Source of the DNA: a plasmid
Strand: one strand, 5' to 3'
Sequence record: NZ_CP064116.1
DNA length: 64,000 bases
Positions within the stretch are counted from its first letter, which is position 1. Every line of letters starts with the position of its first letter. The notes beneath the pieces are model-generated. The model was given only the letters and a program-made list of their open reading frames with translations. It made no database searches and had not been told where the DNA came from. A program made the translations under genes and the position numbers. This document shows positions 33,330 through 46,527 of the stretch, piece after piece.

Positions 33330-36300
33330 TTAAGCAACGTTTTCTGCCTCTGACGCCTCTTTTAATGGTCTCAGATGTCCTTTGGTCACCAGTTCTGCCA
33401 GCGTGAAGGAATAATGGCCGAGCATATTGATATGTCCGTGGCAAAGCGGGGAGAGGCGTGCGATATCTTCATCATTCAGTGTTTCACCCTGCGCCCGGAG
33501 ATGATCCAGGGCTGCCTGCATATAAATAGTGTTCCATAACACGACGGCGTTAGTGACCAGCCCCAGTGTGCCCAGTTGATCTTCCTGACCGTCGGTATAT
33601 CGTTTTCTTATCTCACCTTTTTGACCGTGACAGATGGCTCTGGCAACGGCATGGCGACTTTCTCCCCGATTAAGCTGGGTCAGAATGCGCCGGCGGTAAT
33701 CTTCATCATCAATATAATTAAGCAGATACAGCGTTTTGTTGATGCGCCCCACTTCAATGATTGCCTGAGTCAGTCCGGAAGGACGTTCACTTTTCAGCAA
33801 TGAACGGACCAGCACTGAAACCTGTACTTTGCCCAGCTTCAGGGAGCCAGCGGTCCGGATCATTTCGTCCCACTGAAGGACTATTTTTCGGGGATCTGAT
33901 TGCCCTCTGGCAATATCATTCAGCACGCCATAGTCGGCATCATGGTCCATTCGCCAGAAAACCGAAGCACCGGCATCAGCCAGGCGTGGAGAAAACTGGT
34001 ATCCCAGCAGCCAGAAAAGGCCAAAGACAAGTTCGCTGGCACCTGCTGTATCGGTCATAATTTCGGTTGGATTCAGCCCGGTCTCCTGTTCCAGAAGACC
34101 TTCCAGCACAAAGATAGAGTCCCTCAGCGTCCCCGGTATAACGATGCCATGAAAGCCGGAATACTGATCGGACACAAAGTTGTACCAGGTGATCCCTCTG
34201 TTATTACCAAAGTATTTGCGGTTCGGTCCGGCATTGATTGTTCTGACTGGCGTAACAAAGCGCATTCCATCTGCAGATGCCACTTCTCCTCCACCCCATA
34301 TCTGTGCCAGTGGCAGCGTTGCCTGAAAATCAACCAGTCTGGCATTAGCGCTGGTGATAGTTTCAGCCCGCAGATAGTTCGCTTTTGTCCAGTTCAGCCG
34401 GTGTCGGGTCAGTGCAGGAACATTTGATCTGATCAGTGGTTCCAGACCGATATTGCAGGCTTCAGCCATCAGCACGGCGCTGATGCTGACGGGCAGATCA
34501 TCAACTCTGGCACTGGCTTCACTAGCATGGAAAAACTCATCAGCAAATCCGGTATGGGCGTTAATTTCGAGCAGCAACTCCGTTAAATCCACCGGAGGGA
34601 GTAGATCACTGATCATTTTGCTCAGTCGTTTCAGACTGTCCGGCTCATCAAGACTGGCGAGGGGAGAAATTGTCAACCGGGGCTTCGGGCCAGAAACATC
34701 GAGTTCGACAGCCTCATTTTCGCAAAGACGTGCAGCAACCTGTCTGTAACGACTATCAAGCTGATGACCCAGAGATTTTATTGCTTCCTGCGGGTCTGTC
34801 GGGTGCCCCAAAGAACGATAAACCTTAATCCGGTTTGCCTGCCAGTCAGCACCCTGTAGTAATCTTGCACGAGGATCTCCCCACCGGTTACTGCCGGTAA
34901 CGTAGACATCCCTCCGCCTCAGACTATCCTGCAGTTTACTGAGAAAGCAGAGCGTGTATCCCCTGCGGGTGATATGTTTTTCCTTGTTAATCACCAGCCG
35001 TTTCCATGACCGACTGATAATTTCCGTTGGTGCGTCGTCAAAAAACTGCCGCCGTGAGCTGAACTCCCGGCTGAGGTAGTCACAGGCATTCAGAGTGGTA
35101 ACCCCGGCAGGTGCGGATGAAAATTTAACGGTATTCAGCAGATGGGGCAGGAAACGACGAACGCGCCCGTACTGCTCCACCATTTCTTCATGAAAATTAT
35201 CGTCTGAGGGCCGGGCAATTTCACGGACAAGCGTGATGATTTCAGCCAGCTTTTGCCTTGGGATGTAGCTGAACACCTCAGCACGAATCGATTCGTCCGG
35301 TGTTTCTTCTTTCAGCAGGTACGAACATGCGCTGGCGAGCGCCAATGCAGATTTATCCAGATCCTTCAGCGAGCGGAGCCGTTTTTTCTGCCCAATCTTT
35401 CTGGCGTCACGGATGATAACGGCCAGCATGGCGTCCAGAACGTCCAATGCATCATCCAGCGCCAGCGTTTCCCATGCAAGGACAAAGGCAACCAGAACCG
35501 CCATCCTTTTCTGCGGTGACATCCTGGCAATATTGAACACCGAAGTCATACCAGCATAACGTGCGAGATTTTTCAGGCGCACAGCCGGGAGTGTACTCAG
35601 GTTTTCAGCATGCAGGCCAAAATCGTTCAGAGTTTTCCAGCGTTCAATTGCTTCATTAAACGCCGGACCACTGATGGTCACAGGGCCCTTTTTCAGTGAT
35701 TCCAGTAAAGACAGGCGGCTGCAATCAGTTGGCCCCAGCAGCATCTCCAGCTGTGAACGCTGTTCGGCTGACGGTATCAGTGCCAGTTTGTTCCACAGGC
35801 GCAACGTCGCCTTTTCCCTTACCTCTGAAATCAACCGGGTCAGCGTAGTGGCTCCGGGGAGAATAATACGATGTTGCATAAGCCACCCTGTCGCCAGATC
35901 GAAAAGCAGGCCAGGACGTTCGTTGCTTATCCAGCTCCGGGTATATAAAAGACGGGTAAGGCGAAATGTCCAGGGCCAGGCAAATTCACGATACTGATAG
36001 TGCTGACGTATCAGCGCTGCATGCTCACGGCGGGTATTTTCCCTCTGACCGTATTCTGCAAGAACGGTGATATCACGAATCCCGAGCTGTCTGGCGGTAA
36101 AATGCCGGACGCCGGAAGGAATATGATTCATATCGGTGAGGAAGGTGCCCAGAAAACGGACACATCCAATTTGCAGGGCAATGCCCAGACGGTTGTGATC
36201 ACCTCTGCTTTTTCCGATAAATTCCTTGTCTGCTTCATCAAGGTGAAAATATCGTGCCAGCTGAAGCTCATCCGGTTCACCGGTGAATCTGCCATAGCTT

Positions 36301-36335
36301 TCAGTCTGCTCAGTGGTCAGAAAGTCAACGGGCAT
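33330..36335 (-). CDS. tnpA: Tn3 transposase TnpA
   Basis: 1001 aa from MPVDFLTTEQ…. Confidence 0.9.
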   Translation of the reverse strand: MPVDFLTTEQTESYGRFTGEPDELQLARYFHLDEADKEFIGKSRGDHNRLGIALQIGCVRFLGTFLTDMNHIPSGVRHFTARQLGIRDITVLAEYGQRENTRREHAALIRQHYQYREFAWPWTFRLTRLLYTRSWISNERPGLLFDLATGWLMQHRIILPGATTLTRLISEVREKATLRLWNKLALIPSAEQRSQLEMLLGPTDCSRLSLLESLKKGPVTISGPAFNEAIERWKTLNDFGLHAENLSTLPAVRLKNLARYAGMTSVFNIARMSPQKRMAVLVAFVLAWETLALDDALDVLDAMLAVIIRDARKIGQKKRLRSLKDLDKSALALASACSYLLKEETPDESIRAEVFSYIPRQKLAEIITLVREIARPSDDNFHEEMVEQYGRVRRFLPHLLNTVKFSSAPAGVTTLNACDYLSREFSSRRQFFDDAPTEIISRSWKRLVINKEKHITRRGYTLCFLSKLQDSLRRRDVYVTGSNRWGDPRARLLQGADWQANRIKVYRSLGHPTDPQEAIKSLGHQLDSRYRQVAARLCENEAVELDVSGPKPRLTISPLASLDEPDSLKRLSKMISDLLPPVDLTELLLEINAHTGFADEFFHASEASARVDDLPVSISAVLMAEACNIGLEPLIRSNVPALTRHRLNWTKANYLRAETITSANARLVDFQATLPLAQIWGGGEVASADGMRFVTPVRTINAGPNRKYFGNNRGITWYNFVSDQYSGFHGIVIPGTLRDSIFVLEGLLEQETGLNPTEIMTDTAGASELVFGLFWLLGYQFSPRLADAGASVFWRMDHDADYGVLNDIARGQSDPRKIVLQWDEMIRTAGSLKLGKVQVSVLVRSLLKSERPSGLTQAIIEVGRINKTLYLLNYIDDEDYRRRILTQLNRGESRHAVARAICHGQKGEIRKRYTDGQEDQLGTLGLVTNAVVLWNTIYMQAALDHLRAQGETLNDEDIARLSPLCHGHINMLGHYSFTLAELVTKGHLRPLKEASEAENVA

Positions 36336-36396
36336 ATCGGCCTCCCTGCCTGACGGGCATTTAGTAACATTTTTCCAACCGTACGAAATGTTATAA

Positions 36397-37056
<660 letters not shown>

Positions 37057-37226
37057 TACGCCTATTTTTATAGGTTAATGTCATGATAATAATGGTTTCT
37101 TAGACGTCAGGTGGCACTTTTCGGGGAAATGTGCGCGGAACCCCTATTTGTTTATTTTTCTAAATACATTCAAATATGTATCCGCTCATGAGACAATAAC
37201 CCTGGTAAATGCTTCAATAATATTGA

Positions 37227-38099
<873 letters not shown>

Positions 38100-38308
38100 C
38101 TGTCAGACCAAGTTTACTCATATATACTTTAGATTGATTTAAAACTTCATTTTTAATTTAAAAGGATCTAGGTGAAGATCCTTTTTGATAATCTCATGAC
38201 CAAAATCCCTTAACGTGAGTTTTCGTTCCACTGAGCGTCAGACCCCTAAAAGAACTTTCCGCTAAGCGATAGACTGTATGTAAACACAGTATTGCAAGGA
38301 CGCGGAAC

Positions 38309-38848
38309 ATGCCTCATGTGGCGGCCAGGACGGCCAGCCGGGATCGGGATACTGGTCGTTACCAGAGCCACCGACCCGAGCAAACCCTTCTCTATCAGAT
38401 CGTTGACGAGTATTACCCGGCATTCGCTGCGCTTATGGCAGAGCAGGGAAAGGAATTGCCGGGCTATGTGCAACGGGAATTTGAAGAATTTCTCCAATGC
38501 GGGCGGCTGGAGCATGGCTTTCTACGGGTTCGCTGCGAGTCTTGCCACGCCGAGCACCTGGTCGCTTTCAGCTGTAAGCGTCGCGGTTTCTGCCCGAGCT
38601 GTGGGGCGCGGCGGATGGCCGAAAGTGCCGCCTTGCTGGTTGATGAAGTACTGCCTGAACAACCCATGCGTCAGTGGGTGTTGAGCTTCCCGTTTCAGCT
38701 GCGTTTCCTGTTTGGGGTCGTTTGCGGGAAGGGGCGGAATCCTACGCTAAGGCTTTGGCCAGCGATATTCTCCGGTGAGATTGATGTGTTCCCAGGGGAT
38801 AGGAGAAGTCGCTTGATATCTAGTATGACGTCTGTCGCACCTGCTTGA
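38309..38848 (+). pseudogene. N-terminal fragment of an IS91-family (ISCR2-like) transposase
   Basis: Has the N-terminal zinc-binding pattern (CESCHAEH…CKRRGFCPSCGARRM) typical of IS91/ISCR transposases. The similarity stops after ~130 aa, and the fragment abuts the Tn2 right IR. Confidence 0.45.
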
Positions 38849-39656
38849 TCGCGGCCGCGATAGCTAGATCGCGTTGCTCCTCTTCTCCATCCGCGTTCCA
38901 AGCTGCGGAAAGGCACCCATAAGCGTACGCCTGGTCGAGCAGGCGACGCGGATCGACGTCCAGCGCACGAGAGAATGCGTCCGCCATCTGTGCAATGCGT
39001 CTAGGATCGAGACAAAGGTCGTCTCTGTCAGCCGGATCGTAGAACATATTGGCGGCGCCAAAGCCCACTTCACCGACCAGACCGACGGGATCTATCACCA
39101 GCCAGCCGCGACTGGAGAACATGATGTTTTCATGATGCAGATCGCCATGTAGCCCACGCAGTTCCGAGGCATTGCTCATCATTTGATCGGCTATAATCGC
39201 CGCGTGGACGTAGTCAGTTTGACAACCTGCGTTTTGATCATCGCGCGCCCGCTGAAACAAAGCTGCAAAGCGATCCCGGATCGGGAGAAGGGCAGAAGGC
39301 AGGGGTTCCTCAGATGCGGCATACAGCTTCGCCATTAGTTCCGCTGCAATTTCGGTCGCCTGGTAGTCGCCGTGCTCGGCAACGATGTGAGAGAGCATTC
39401 GCTCCCCGGCATATTCGAGCAACATCAGATTGTTCTCACGACCGAGCAACCGGACTGCTCCCCTCCCATTGCGCCATACCAGATAGTCGGCCCCGCGCAG
39501 TTCATCAGCAATGTCTTCTATAGGTTTCAATCCCTTGACGATTGCAGGAGTCCCGTCTGGCAATGAAACTTTCCAAACGAGGCTGGAAAAGGTGTCCGCA
39601 ATGAGAACAGGTTGCGAAACGTGCCAATGAGCAGGAAAAACAGGCGGCATGAACAT
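38820..39656 (-). CDS. aph(6)-Id: Aminoglycoside 6-phosphotransferase APH(6)-Id (StrB)
   Basis: 278 aa from MFMPPVFPAHWHVSQPVL…. Confidence 0.9.
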   Translation of the reverse strand: MFMPPVFPAHWHVSQPVLIADTFSSLVWKVSLPDGTPAIVKGLKPIEDIADELRGADYLVWRNGRGAVRLLGRENNLMLLEYAGERMLSHIVAEHGDYQATEIAAELMAKLYAASEEPLPSALLPIRDRFAALFQRARDDQNAGCQTDYVHAAIIADQMMSNASELRGLHGDLHHENIMFSSRGWLVIDPVGLVGEVGFGAANMFYDPADRDDLCLDPRRIAQMADAFSRALDVDPRRLLDQAYAYGCLSAAWNADGEEEQRDLAIAAAIKQVRQTSY

Positions 39657-40459
39657 CAACCCCAAGTCAGAGGGTCCAATCGCAGATAGAAGGCAAGGCG
39701 TTCGCGGTCGGGGGCTTCGATCCCCAATACATTGAATAGGACAGCGAAGGCGCGCTCTGCTTCATCTGGCGCTGCCCAGTTCTCTTCGGCGTTAGCAATC
39801 ATGAGTGCCAAATCGGCATAGCGATCTGCTGTTCCGAGCCGCCCAAGGTCGATCAGACCCGTGCATTGAAGAGTTTTAGGGTCCACCATGAAGTTCGGCA
39901 TGCAGGGATCACCATGGCAAACAACCATATCGGTGCGCTCTTGGTCGAGCCGCACCGGTAGCTCTCGTTCGACACGAGCCAAAAGATCGAGCTGCGGCGT
40001 ACTCTTGTCCTCGTCCGGTAAGAAGTCGGGATTGACGGCATTGCGGGACACCACATCAACGGCGCGTCCGAACATTCGCGACAGCCTGCGCTCAAACGGA
40101 CATTGATCAACCGATAGGCTGTGAACAGCGCCAAGTTGCTGCCCCATTGACGGCCACGCTTTGAGCAAATCCGCTCCAGACAGATCAGCCGCCGGTACTC
40201 CCGGAATTGCCGTTATCACCAAGCATGCACCCTCCTGTTCCTCCTGCCAGTTGATGACCTCGGGGCAAGCCACACCTCGACCTTTGAGCCAAATGAGGCG
40301 GTCACGCTCTCCAGCGAGCTCACCGCGGCGGGAAGCAGGTGCGATTTTCGCGAAGGCATGCCCGTCACCACGTCGAAAAACAAAATCACCAGATTCTCCG
40401 CCTCTGACAGGCAACCAGTCAGAATGCGATTCACCAAAAAAAATATTAGTTCGATTCAA
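39656..40459 (-). CDS. aph(3'')-Ib: Aminoglycoside 3''-phosphotransferase APH(3'')-Ib (StrA)
   Basis: 267 aa, MNRTNIFFGESHSDWLPVRGGESGDFVFRRGDGHAFAKIA…. Confidence 0.9.
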   Translation of the reverse strand: MNRTNIFFGESHSDWLPVRGGESGDFVFRRGDGHAFAKIAPASRRGELAGERDRLIWLKGRGVACPEVINWQEEQEGACLVITAIPGVPAADLSGADLLKAWPSMGQQLGAVHSLSVDQCPFERRLSRMFGRAVDVVSRNAVNPDFLPDEDKSTPQLDLLARVERELPVRLDQERTDMVVCHGDPCMPNFMVDPKTLQCTGLIDLGRLGTADRYADLALMIANAEENWAAPDEAERAFAVLFNVLGIEAPDRERLAFYLRLDPLTWG

Positions 40460-40519
40460 TGGAGGTTCCTTCAGTTTTCTGATGAAGCGCGAATATAGAG
40501 AAATATCCCGAATGTGCAG

Positions 40520-41335
40520 TTAACGAATTCTTGCGGTTTCTTTCAGCGCCGCCAATACCGCCAGCCCGTCGCGCAAGGGGCGCGGCTCGTGTGTGCGGAT
40601 GAAGTCAGCTCCACCTGCGGCGGCGGCAAGCTCTGCAGCGAGTGTCGCGGCCCCGACATCCCCCGGACCACGGCCTGTGAGCGCGCGCAGAAAGGATTTG
40701 CGCGAAACAGACAGAAGCACCGGCAAATCGAAGCGCAGCCGCAATTCATCGAACCGCGCCAGCACCGAGAGCGAGGTTTCGGGAGCAGCCCCCAGAAAAA
40801 ACCCCATGCCGGGATCAAGGACAAGGCGGTTGCGTTTGATACCGGCACCCGTCAGCGCCGCGATGCGCGCGTCAAAGAACGCCGCAATGTGATCCATGAT
40901 GTCGCCAGCGGGTGCCTCGCGCCGATCTGCCTGCCCGTCTTGCACCGAATGCATAACGACGAGTTTGGCAGATGATTTCGCCAATTGCGGATAGAACGCA
41001 GCGTCTGGAAAACCGCGAATATCATTGAGATAGGCCACACCACGCGACAAGGCATAGGCTTGCGTCGCGGGTTGATAACTGTCGAGCGAGACGGGAATGC
41101 CATCTGCCTTGAGCGCGTCCAGCACCGGCGCGATACGCGCGATTTCTGTGTCGGACGAAACAGGCGCGGCGTCGGGATTGCTGGATGCCGGACCGAGGTC
41201 GATCACATCTGCCCCCTCGGCCATCAGCTTACGCGCCTGCGCAATGGCTGCGTCTGGCGCCAGATACCGGCCTCCATCGGAGAAACTGTCCGAGGTTATG
41301 TTGACGATGCCGAAAATGATGAGCGATTTATTCAT
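40520..41335 (-). CDS. sul2: Sulfonamide-resistant dihydropteroate synthase Sul2
   Basis: 271 aa, MNKSLIIFGIVNITSDSFSDGGRYLAPDAAIAQARKLMAEGADVIDLG…. Confidence 0.9.
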   Translation of the reverse strand: MNKSLIIFGIVNITSDSFSDGGRYLAPDAAIAQARKLMAEGADVIDLGPASSNPDAAPVSSDTEIARIAPVLDALKADGIPVSLDSYQPATQAYALSRGVAYLNDIRGFPDAAFYPQLAKSSAKLVVMHSVQDGQADRREAPAGDIMDHIAAFFDARIAALTGAGIKRNRLVLDPGMGFFLGAAPETSLSVLARFDELRLRFDLPVLLSVSRKSFLRALTGRGPGDVGAATLAAELAAAAGGADFIRTHEPRPLRDGLAVLAALKETARIR

Positions 41336-41662
41336 GGGGGCTTCTATAATAATAATAATCGAGCATGAGTCTCATACGGATGCTCGGGTCGAAAGGGAAT
41401 CCCCAGGCGAGTAACCTGTTTGCGGTGCTCCATTAGCTGCAGGAGCAGAATAGCATACATCTGGAAGCAAAGCCAGGAAAGCGGCCTATGGAGCTGTGCG
41501 GCAGCGCTCAGTAGGCAATTTTTCAAAATATTGTTAAGCCTTTTCTGAGCATGGTATTTTTCATGGTATTACCAATTAGCAGGAAAATAAGCCATTGAAT
41601 ATAAAAGATAAAAATGTCTTGTTTACAATAGAGTGGGATCGGAGACGAAGAAGGACAAGGTA

Positions 41663-41780
41663 CATGCTGACCGATACCAAGCTGCGCAATCTCAAGCCCA
41701 GGGACAAACTCTACAAAGTGAATGACCGGGAAGGTCTCTATGTGGGGGTCGCCTCAGAAAACGGAATCTATGGTCACTCC
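41663..41780 (+). pseudogene. N-terminal Arm-binding (DUF4102-like) fragment of a P4-type tyrosine integrase
   Basis: MLTDTKLRNLKPRDKLYKVNDREGLYVGV resembles the N-terminus of P4/CP4-57-type integrases. Only ~35 aa are conserved before the similarity is lost. Confidence 0.35.
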
Positions 41781-43100
41781 CGTTTTTGCAACACCGATTT
41801 TGACGACAAGTTGGCTTGCTTGAATCTATCCGGCGTCTGAATGGGATTTTATTCCCGCGCCTCGATGAGTTCCGCGCCTGATGAACCTCCAGAAAATATA
41901 CGGCTTCAATGAGCCTTTCCGTTTTACAGGTTCCTCAACAGGCCGGTGGGCCGTTAGTATCATCAATATCAGTATTCGCAAAACCAGATGAATGATTGTT
42001 TAAACTGGTGTATTTCTGCCTTTATGCTTCGTAAGTTTGCTGTCGCGCCGTCAGTGCCCAGGCTATTCTGGCCAGCTTGTTTGCCAGAGCACAGGTGACG
42101 ACAAAGTTGCTTTTCCGACACAACAACTCCCTGACCCAGTCGGCCAACTTGCCAGACTGGTGTTCCAGTTTTTGTATGAATACCCTGGCACACTGAACCA
42201 ACAAAGTTCGGATCTTTTTGTTGCCCCGCTTGCTAATCCCTAACAATGTCGTCCGACCTCCCGTGCTGTACTGTCGGGGTACCAGCCCTGTTGCCGCCGC
42301 AAAGTCACGGCTGCTGGCGTACTGCTTCCCGTCGCCAATCTCAGTTGAAATAGTACTGGCAGTCAGCGTTCCAACGCAGGGAATACTCAGCAAGCGCTGT
42401 CCAACCTCATCTTCGTCCAACTTTCGTTTCAACTGAGATTCCAGATCTTTAATCTGCTCAACAAGATAGTGATAATGCTGTTGTAATTTCAGCAGTAACT
42501 GGCTGAGATAAAGAGGCAAACTACTGTCCTCAAGAAGGGTACTCAGTCGACTAATAACGGCAGCACCTCGCGGAACGCTGATACCAAATTCCAGCAGAAA
42601 AGCATGCATCTGATTAGTTGTTTTCACCTTATCCTGAACCAGGGATTCACGGACACGATGCAGAGCTCGCATTGCCTGCTGAGATTCGGTTCTGGGCTGC
42701 ACGAAACGCATAGATGGACGTGATGCTGCTTCACAGATAGCTTCAGCATCAACGAAGTCATTTTTGTTGCTTTTAACGAATGGGCGGACAAATTGCGGTG
42801 ATATCAGCTTTGGAAAATGCCCTAACTCTTCCAGCTTGCGTGCCATAAAGTGAGAACCGCCACAGGCTTCCATCGCGATGGTTGTTGCCGGGCATGTCGC
42901 CAGAAATTCGATTAGCTTTGGTCGGGTGAATTTTTTACGGTAAACGGCCTTCCCACGATGATCCTGACAATGAATATGGAAAGAGTTCTTACCCAGATCG
43001 ATACCAATAAGCGCAATGTTTTCCATGATGGTTCTCCGAATGAAAGCCTGTCCTCAGCATAGTACTGGGAAGGAGGGAGTGACCATCTCATTAAATAAAG
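41780..43100 (-). mobile_element. IS110-family element (IS5075/IS4321-like); boundaries approximate
   Basis: Transposase ORF 42022-43026 (334 aa, MENIALIGIDLGKNSFHIHCQD…, DEDD-type). It sits immediately beyond the 3' end of a Tn21-family tnpA, where this IS group is known to target terminal IRs. Confidence 0.7.
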
Positions 43101-43104
43101 CACG

Positions 43105-44870
43105 CTAAGCCGGTTGCAGCGGTCGTAGCGGCCTGAACTTGCCCGCGCCGATCTTGGCGCTGCTGCGCCAGAGGTAATCGCCGGTGAGGTTGATGTGCTC
43201 CCAACCGAGCGGCGACAGGTACTGCAACAGCGCGTCATCAACGGCATGGCCGTTGCCACGCAGCGCGTGCGCAGCCCGTTCCAGATAGACCGTGTTCCAC
43301 AACACGACGGCAGCCGTTACCAGATTGAGGCCGCTAGCCCGGTAGCGCTGCTGCTCGAAACTGCGGTCGCGGATTTCACCCAGGCGGTTGAAAAACACTG
43401 CCCTGGCCAGCGCATTGCGCGCCTCGCCCTTGTTCAGGCCGGCATGCACGCGGCGGCGCAGTTCCACGCTTTGCAGCCAGTCCAGGATGAACAGCGTGCG
43501 CTCGATGCGGCCCAGCTCGCGGAGCGCCACGGCCAGGCCGTTCTGGCGTGGGTAGCTGCCGAGCTTTCGGAGCATCAGGGAGGCCGTCACCGTGCCCTGC
43601 TTGATCGAGGTGGCCAGCCGCAGGATTTCGTCCCAATGGGCGCGGACGTGCTTGATGTTGAGCGTGCCGCCGATCATGGGTTTCAGCGCGTCATAGGCGG
43701 CGTCGCCCTTCGGGATGTAGAGCTTGGTGTCGCCCAGGTCGCGGATGCGCGGCGCGAAGCGGAAGCCCAGGAGGTGCATCAGGGCGAAGACGTGATCGGT
43801 GAAGCCCGCCGTGTCGGTGTAATGCTCCTCGATCCGCAAGTCGGACTCGTGGTACAGCAGGCCGTCGAGCACGTAGGTCGAATCGCGCACGCCGACGTTC
43901 ACGACCTTGGTGTGAAATGGCGCGTACTGGTCAGAAATGTGGGTGTAGAACGTCCGCCCTGGGCTGCTCCCGTATTTCGGGTTGATGTGGCCGGTGCTCT
44001 CGGCCTTGCTGCCGGTGCGGAAGTTCTGGCCGTCCGACGATGAGGTGGTGCCGTCGCCCCAGTGCTCGGCGAAGGGATGGCGGAACTGTGCGTTGACCAG
44101 ATCGGCCAGCGCCGCCCCGTAGGTTTCGTCGCGGATGTGCCAGGCTTGCAGCCAAGCCAGCTTGGCGTAGGTCGTGCCGGGGCAAGACTCCGCCATCTTG
44201 GTCAGGCCCAGGTTGATCGCGTCGGCGAGGATCGTGGTCAGCAACAGGTTCTTGTCTTTGGCCGGGTCGCCCGATTTCAGATGCGCGAAATGCCGAGTGA
44301 AGCCCGTCCATTCGTCCACCTCCAGCAGCAGTTCGGTGATCTTGACGTGCGGCAGGATCATTGCCGTCTGGTCGATCAGCGCTTGGGCGGTGTCGGGTAC
44401 CGCCGCGTCGAGCGGCGTGATCTTCAAGCCTGACTCGGTGATGATGGCGTCCGGCAGCTCGTTGGCCGTCGCCATACGGTTGACGGTGGCAAGCTGTGTT
44501 TCCAGCAGCGTCAGCCGGTCGTTCAGGTACCGGTTGCAGTCGGTGGCCACGGCCAGCGGCAATTCGCTGGCCTGCTTGAGGCTGGCGAATTTCGCGGGCG
44601 GCACCAGGTAGTCCTCGAAGTCCTTGAACTGGCGCGACCCCTGCACCCAGATGTCGCCGGAACGCAACGCGTTCTTCATCTCCGACAGCGCGCACAGTTC
44701 GTAGTAGCGCCGGTCGATGCCGGTGTCGGTCATGACCAGCTTCTGCCAGCGCGGCTTGATGAACTCGGTCGGCGCGTCGGCGGGCACCTTGCGGGCGTTG
44801 TCGCTGTTCATGCCGCGCAGCACCTCGATGGCGTCGAGCACGTCCTTCGCGGCGGGAGCGGCCCGCAGCT
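43105..44870 (-). pseudogene. tnpA: Tn21/Tn1721-subfamily Tn3-family transposase, C-terminal 592 aa, 5' end truncated by IS26
   Basis: Minus-strand ORF 43105-44883 with Tn3-family DDE-region motifs. The reading frame runs straight into the IS26 IR at 44871. Confidence 0.8.
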
Positions 44871-45690
44871 GGCACTGTTGCAAAGTTAGCGATGAGGCAG
44901 CCTTTTGTCTTATTCAAAGGCCTTACATTTCAAAAACTCTGCTTACCAGGCGCATTTCGCCCAGGGGATCACCATAATAAAATGCTGAGGCCTGGCCTTT
45001 GCGTAGTGCACGCATCACCTCAATACCTTTGATGGTGGCGTAAGCCGTCTTCATGGATTTAAATCCCAGCGTGGCGCCGATTATCCGTTTCAGTTTGCCA
45101 TGATCGCATTCAATCACGTTGTTCCGGTACTTAATCTGTCGGTGTTCAACGTCAGACGGGCACCGGCCTTCGCGTTTGAGCAGAGCAAGCGCGCGACCAT
45201 AGGCGGGCGCTTTATCCGTGTTGATGAATCGCGGGATCTGCCACTTCTTCACGTTGTTGAGGATTTTACCCAGAAACCGGTATGCAGCTTTGCTGTTACG
45301 ACGGGAGGAGAGATAAAAATCGACAGTGCGGCCCCGGCTGTCGACGGCCCGGTACAGATACGCCCAGCGGCCATTGACCTTCACGTAGGTTTCATCCATG
45401 TGCCACGGGCAAAGATCGGAAGGGTTACGCCAGTACCAGCGCAGCCGTTTTTCCATTTCAGGCGCATAACGCTGAACCCAGCGGTAAATCGTGGAGTGAT
45501 CGACATTCACTCCGCGTTCAGCCAGCATCTCCTGCAGCTCACGGTAACTGATGCCGTATTTGCAGTACCAGCGTACGGCCCACAGAATGATGTCACGCTG
45601 AAAATGCCGGCCTTTGAATGGGTTCATGTGCAGCTCCATCAGCAAAAGGGGATGATAAGTTTATCACCACCGACTATTTGCAACAGTGCC
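44871..45690 (-). mobile_element. tnp26: IS26 copy 2 (inverted relative to copies 1, 3 and 4)
   Basis: 14-bp IRs at both ends. tnp ORF 44923-45627 on the minus strand, identical in protein sequence to the other copies. Flanking 8-mers differ. Confidence 0.95.
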
Positions 45691-46316
45691 CTACAGAAAA
45701 CCTTATTCTATGGGCTTGCAGCGCCATCGCACTGCTTGCCGTTGTATTCTTCCGGCGTTCAGTACGGCACAGGCGACACAAAAGGAAGCAGCAAAGTGCG
45801 CGGCGGGTGCTGGAGCGCATAAAGACGTTGCCGGGCTTCCCACAAAAAATTAACTACCTGAGGAAAATTGATCCTTTTGTGTTTGAAGAACTGTTGCTGG
45901 AAGGATTTGAAGCGCATGGCTTCAGAACCATCAGAAACAAACGCTATACCGGCGATGGAGGCATTGACGGCCAGGTAATAATAGGAAAATATCGCTATCT
46001 TATTCAGGCTAAACGCTATCGCGGCCATATTGCTTTACAGCACGTACAGGAGTTCGAGAAGTTGCTTAAACGTCATAACTGTCGCGGTCTGTTTTGCCAT
46101 ACCGGGAAAACCGGCGCAGGTTCAAAATCTGTCAGTATTGCCAGTGAACGGATGGAGATTATCAGCGGCCAGCGCCTGATAGATTTGCTCACGCCCGGCA
46201 GCTCCTTCACTATCGCAACCGCCCCGCAGACGATGATGAAGCGTACCGCAGCAACACTAGAAACGAGCACCATTGTTAAAGATGCCGGTAAAGAAAATCG
46301 ATACCATGAGAGTTAA
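45691..46316 (+). pseudogene. Mrr_cat-type restriction endonuclease-domain protein, N-terminally truncated by IS26
   Basis: The frame is open from the IS26 boundary. TM segment, then a GDGGIDG…QAKRY motif typical of the Mrr catalytic domain. Confidence 0.5.
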
Positions 46317-46320
46317 TTAA

Positions 46321-46527
46321 ATGAAGTCAGTAACTATAGAAGCAAAAACATTTGCTGAAATGTTAGGAATAACAGAAGGTGAGTTAATCTTTGCCATTAA
46401 GAAAACTGGCACATTCAAAAACAAGACCATCCCACAACCTCATGAGCCACATAAATCAAATAATAGATTTTTATATTCAGACGTAATGAGGTTTATAGAA
46501 TCACTAAAAGACAAAGAGAACCGGTAA
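46321..46527 (+). CDS. Small AlpA/excisionase-like HTH protein (tentative)
   Basis: 68-aa AT-rich ORF with FAEMLGITEGEL (HTH-like) and RFLYSDVMRFIESL. It ends at the IS1 remnant. Confidence 0.3.
   Translation: MKSVTIEAKTFAEMLGITEGELIFAIKKTGTFKNKTIPQPHEPHKSNNRFLYSDVMRFIESLKDKENR

Noticed and set aside
43195-44917. Several long + and - ORFs (282, 328, 145 aa) within the truncated Tn21-family tnpA region
   Set aside because: Alternative frames of the GC-rich transposase fragment with no protein-like features. The transposase frame explains the region.
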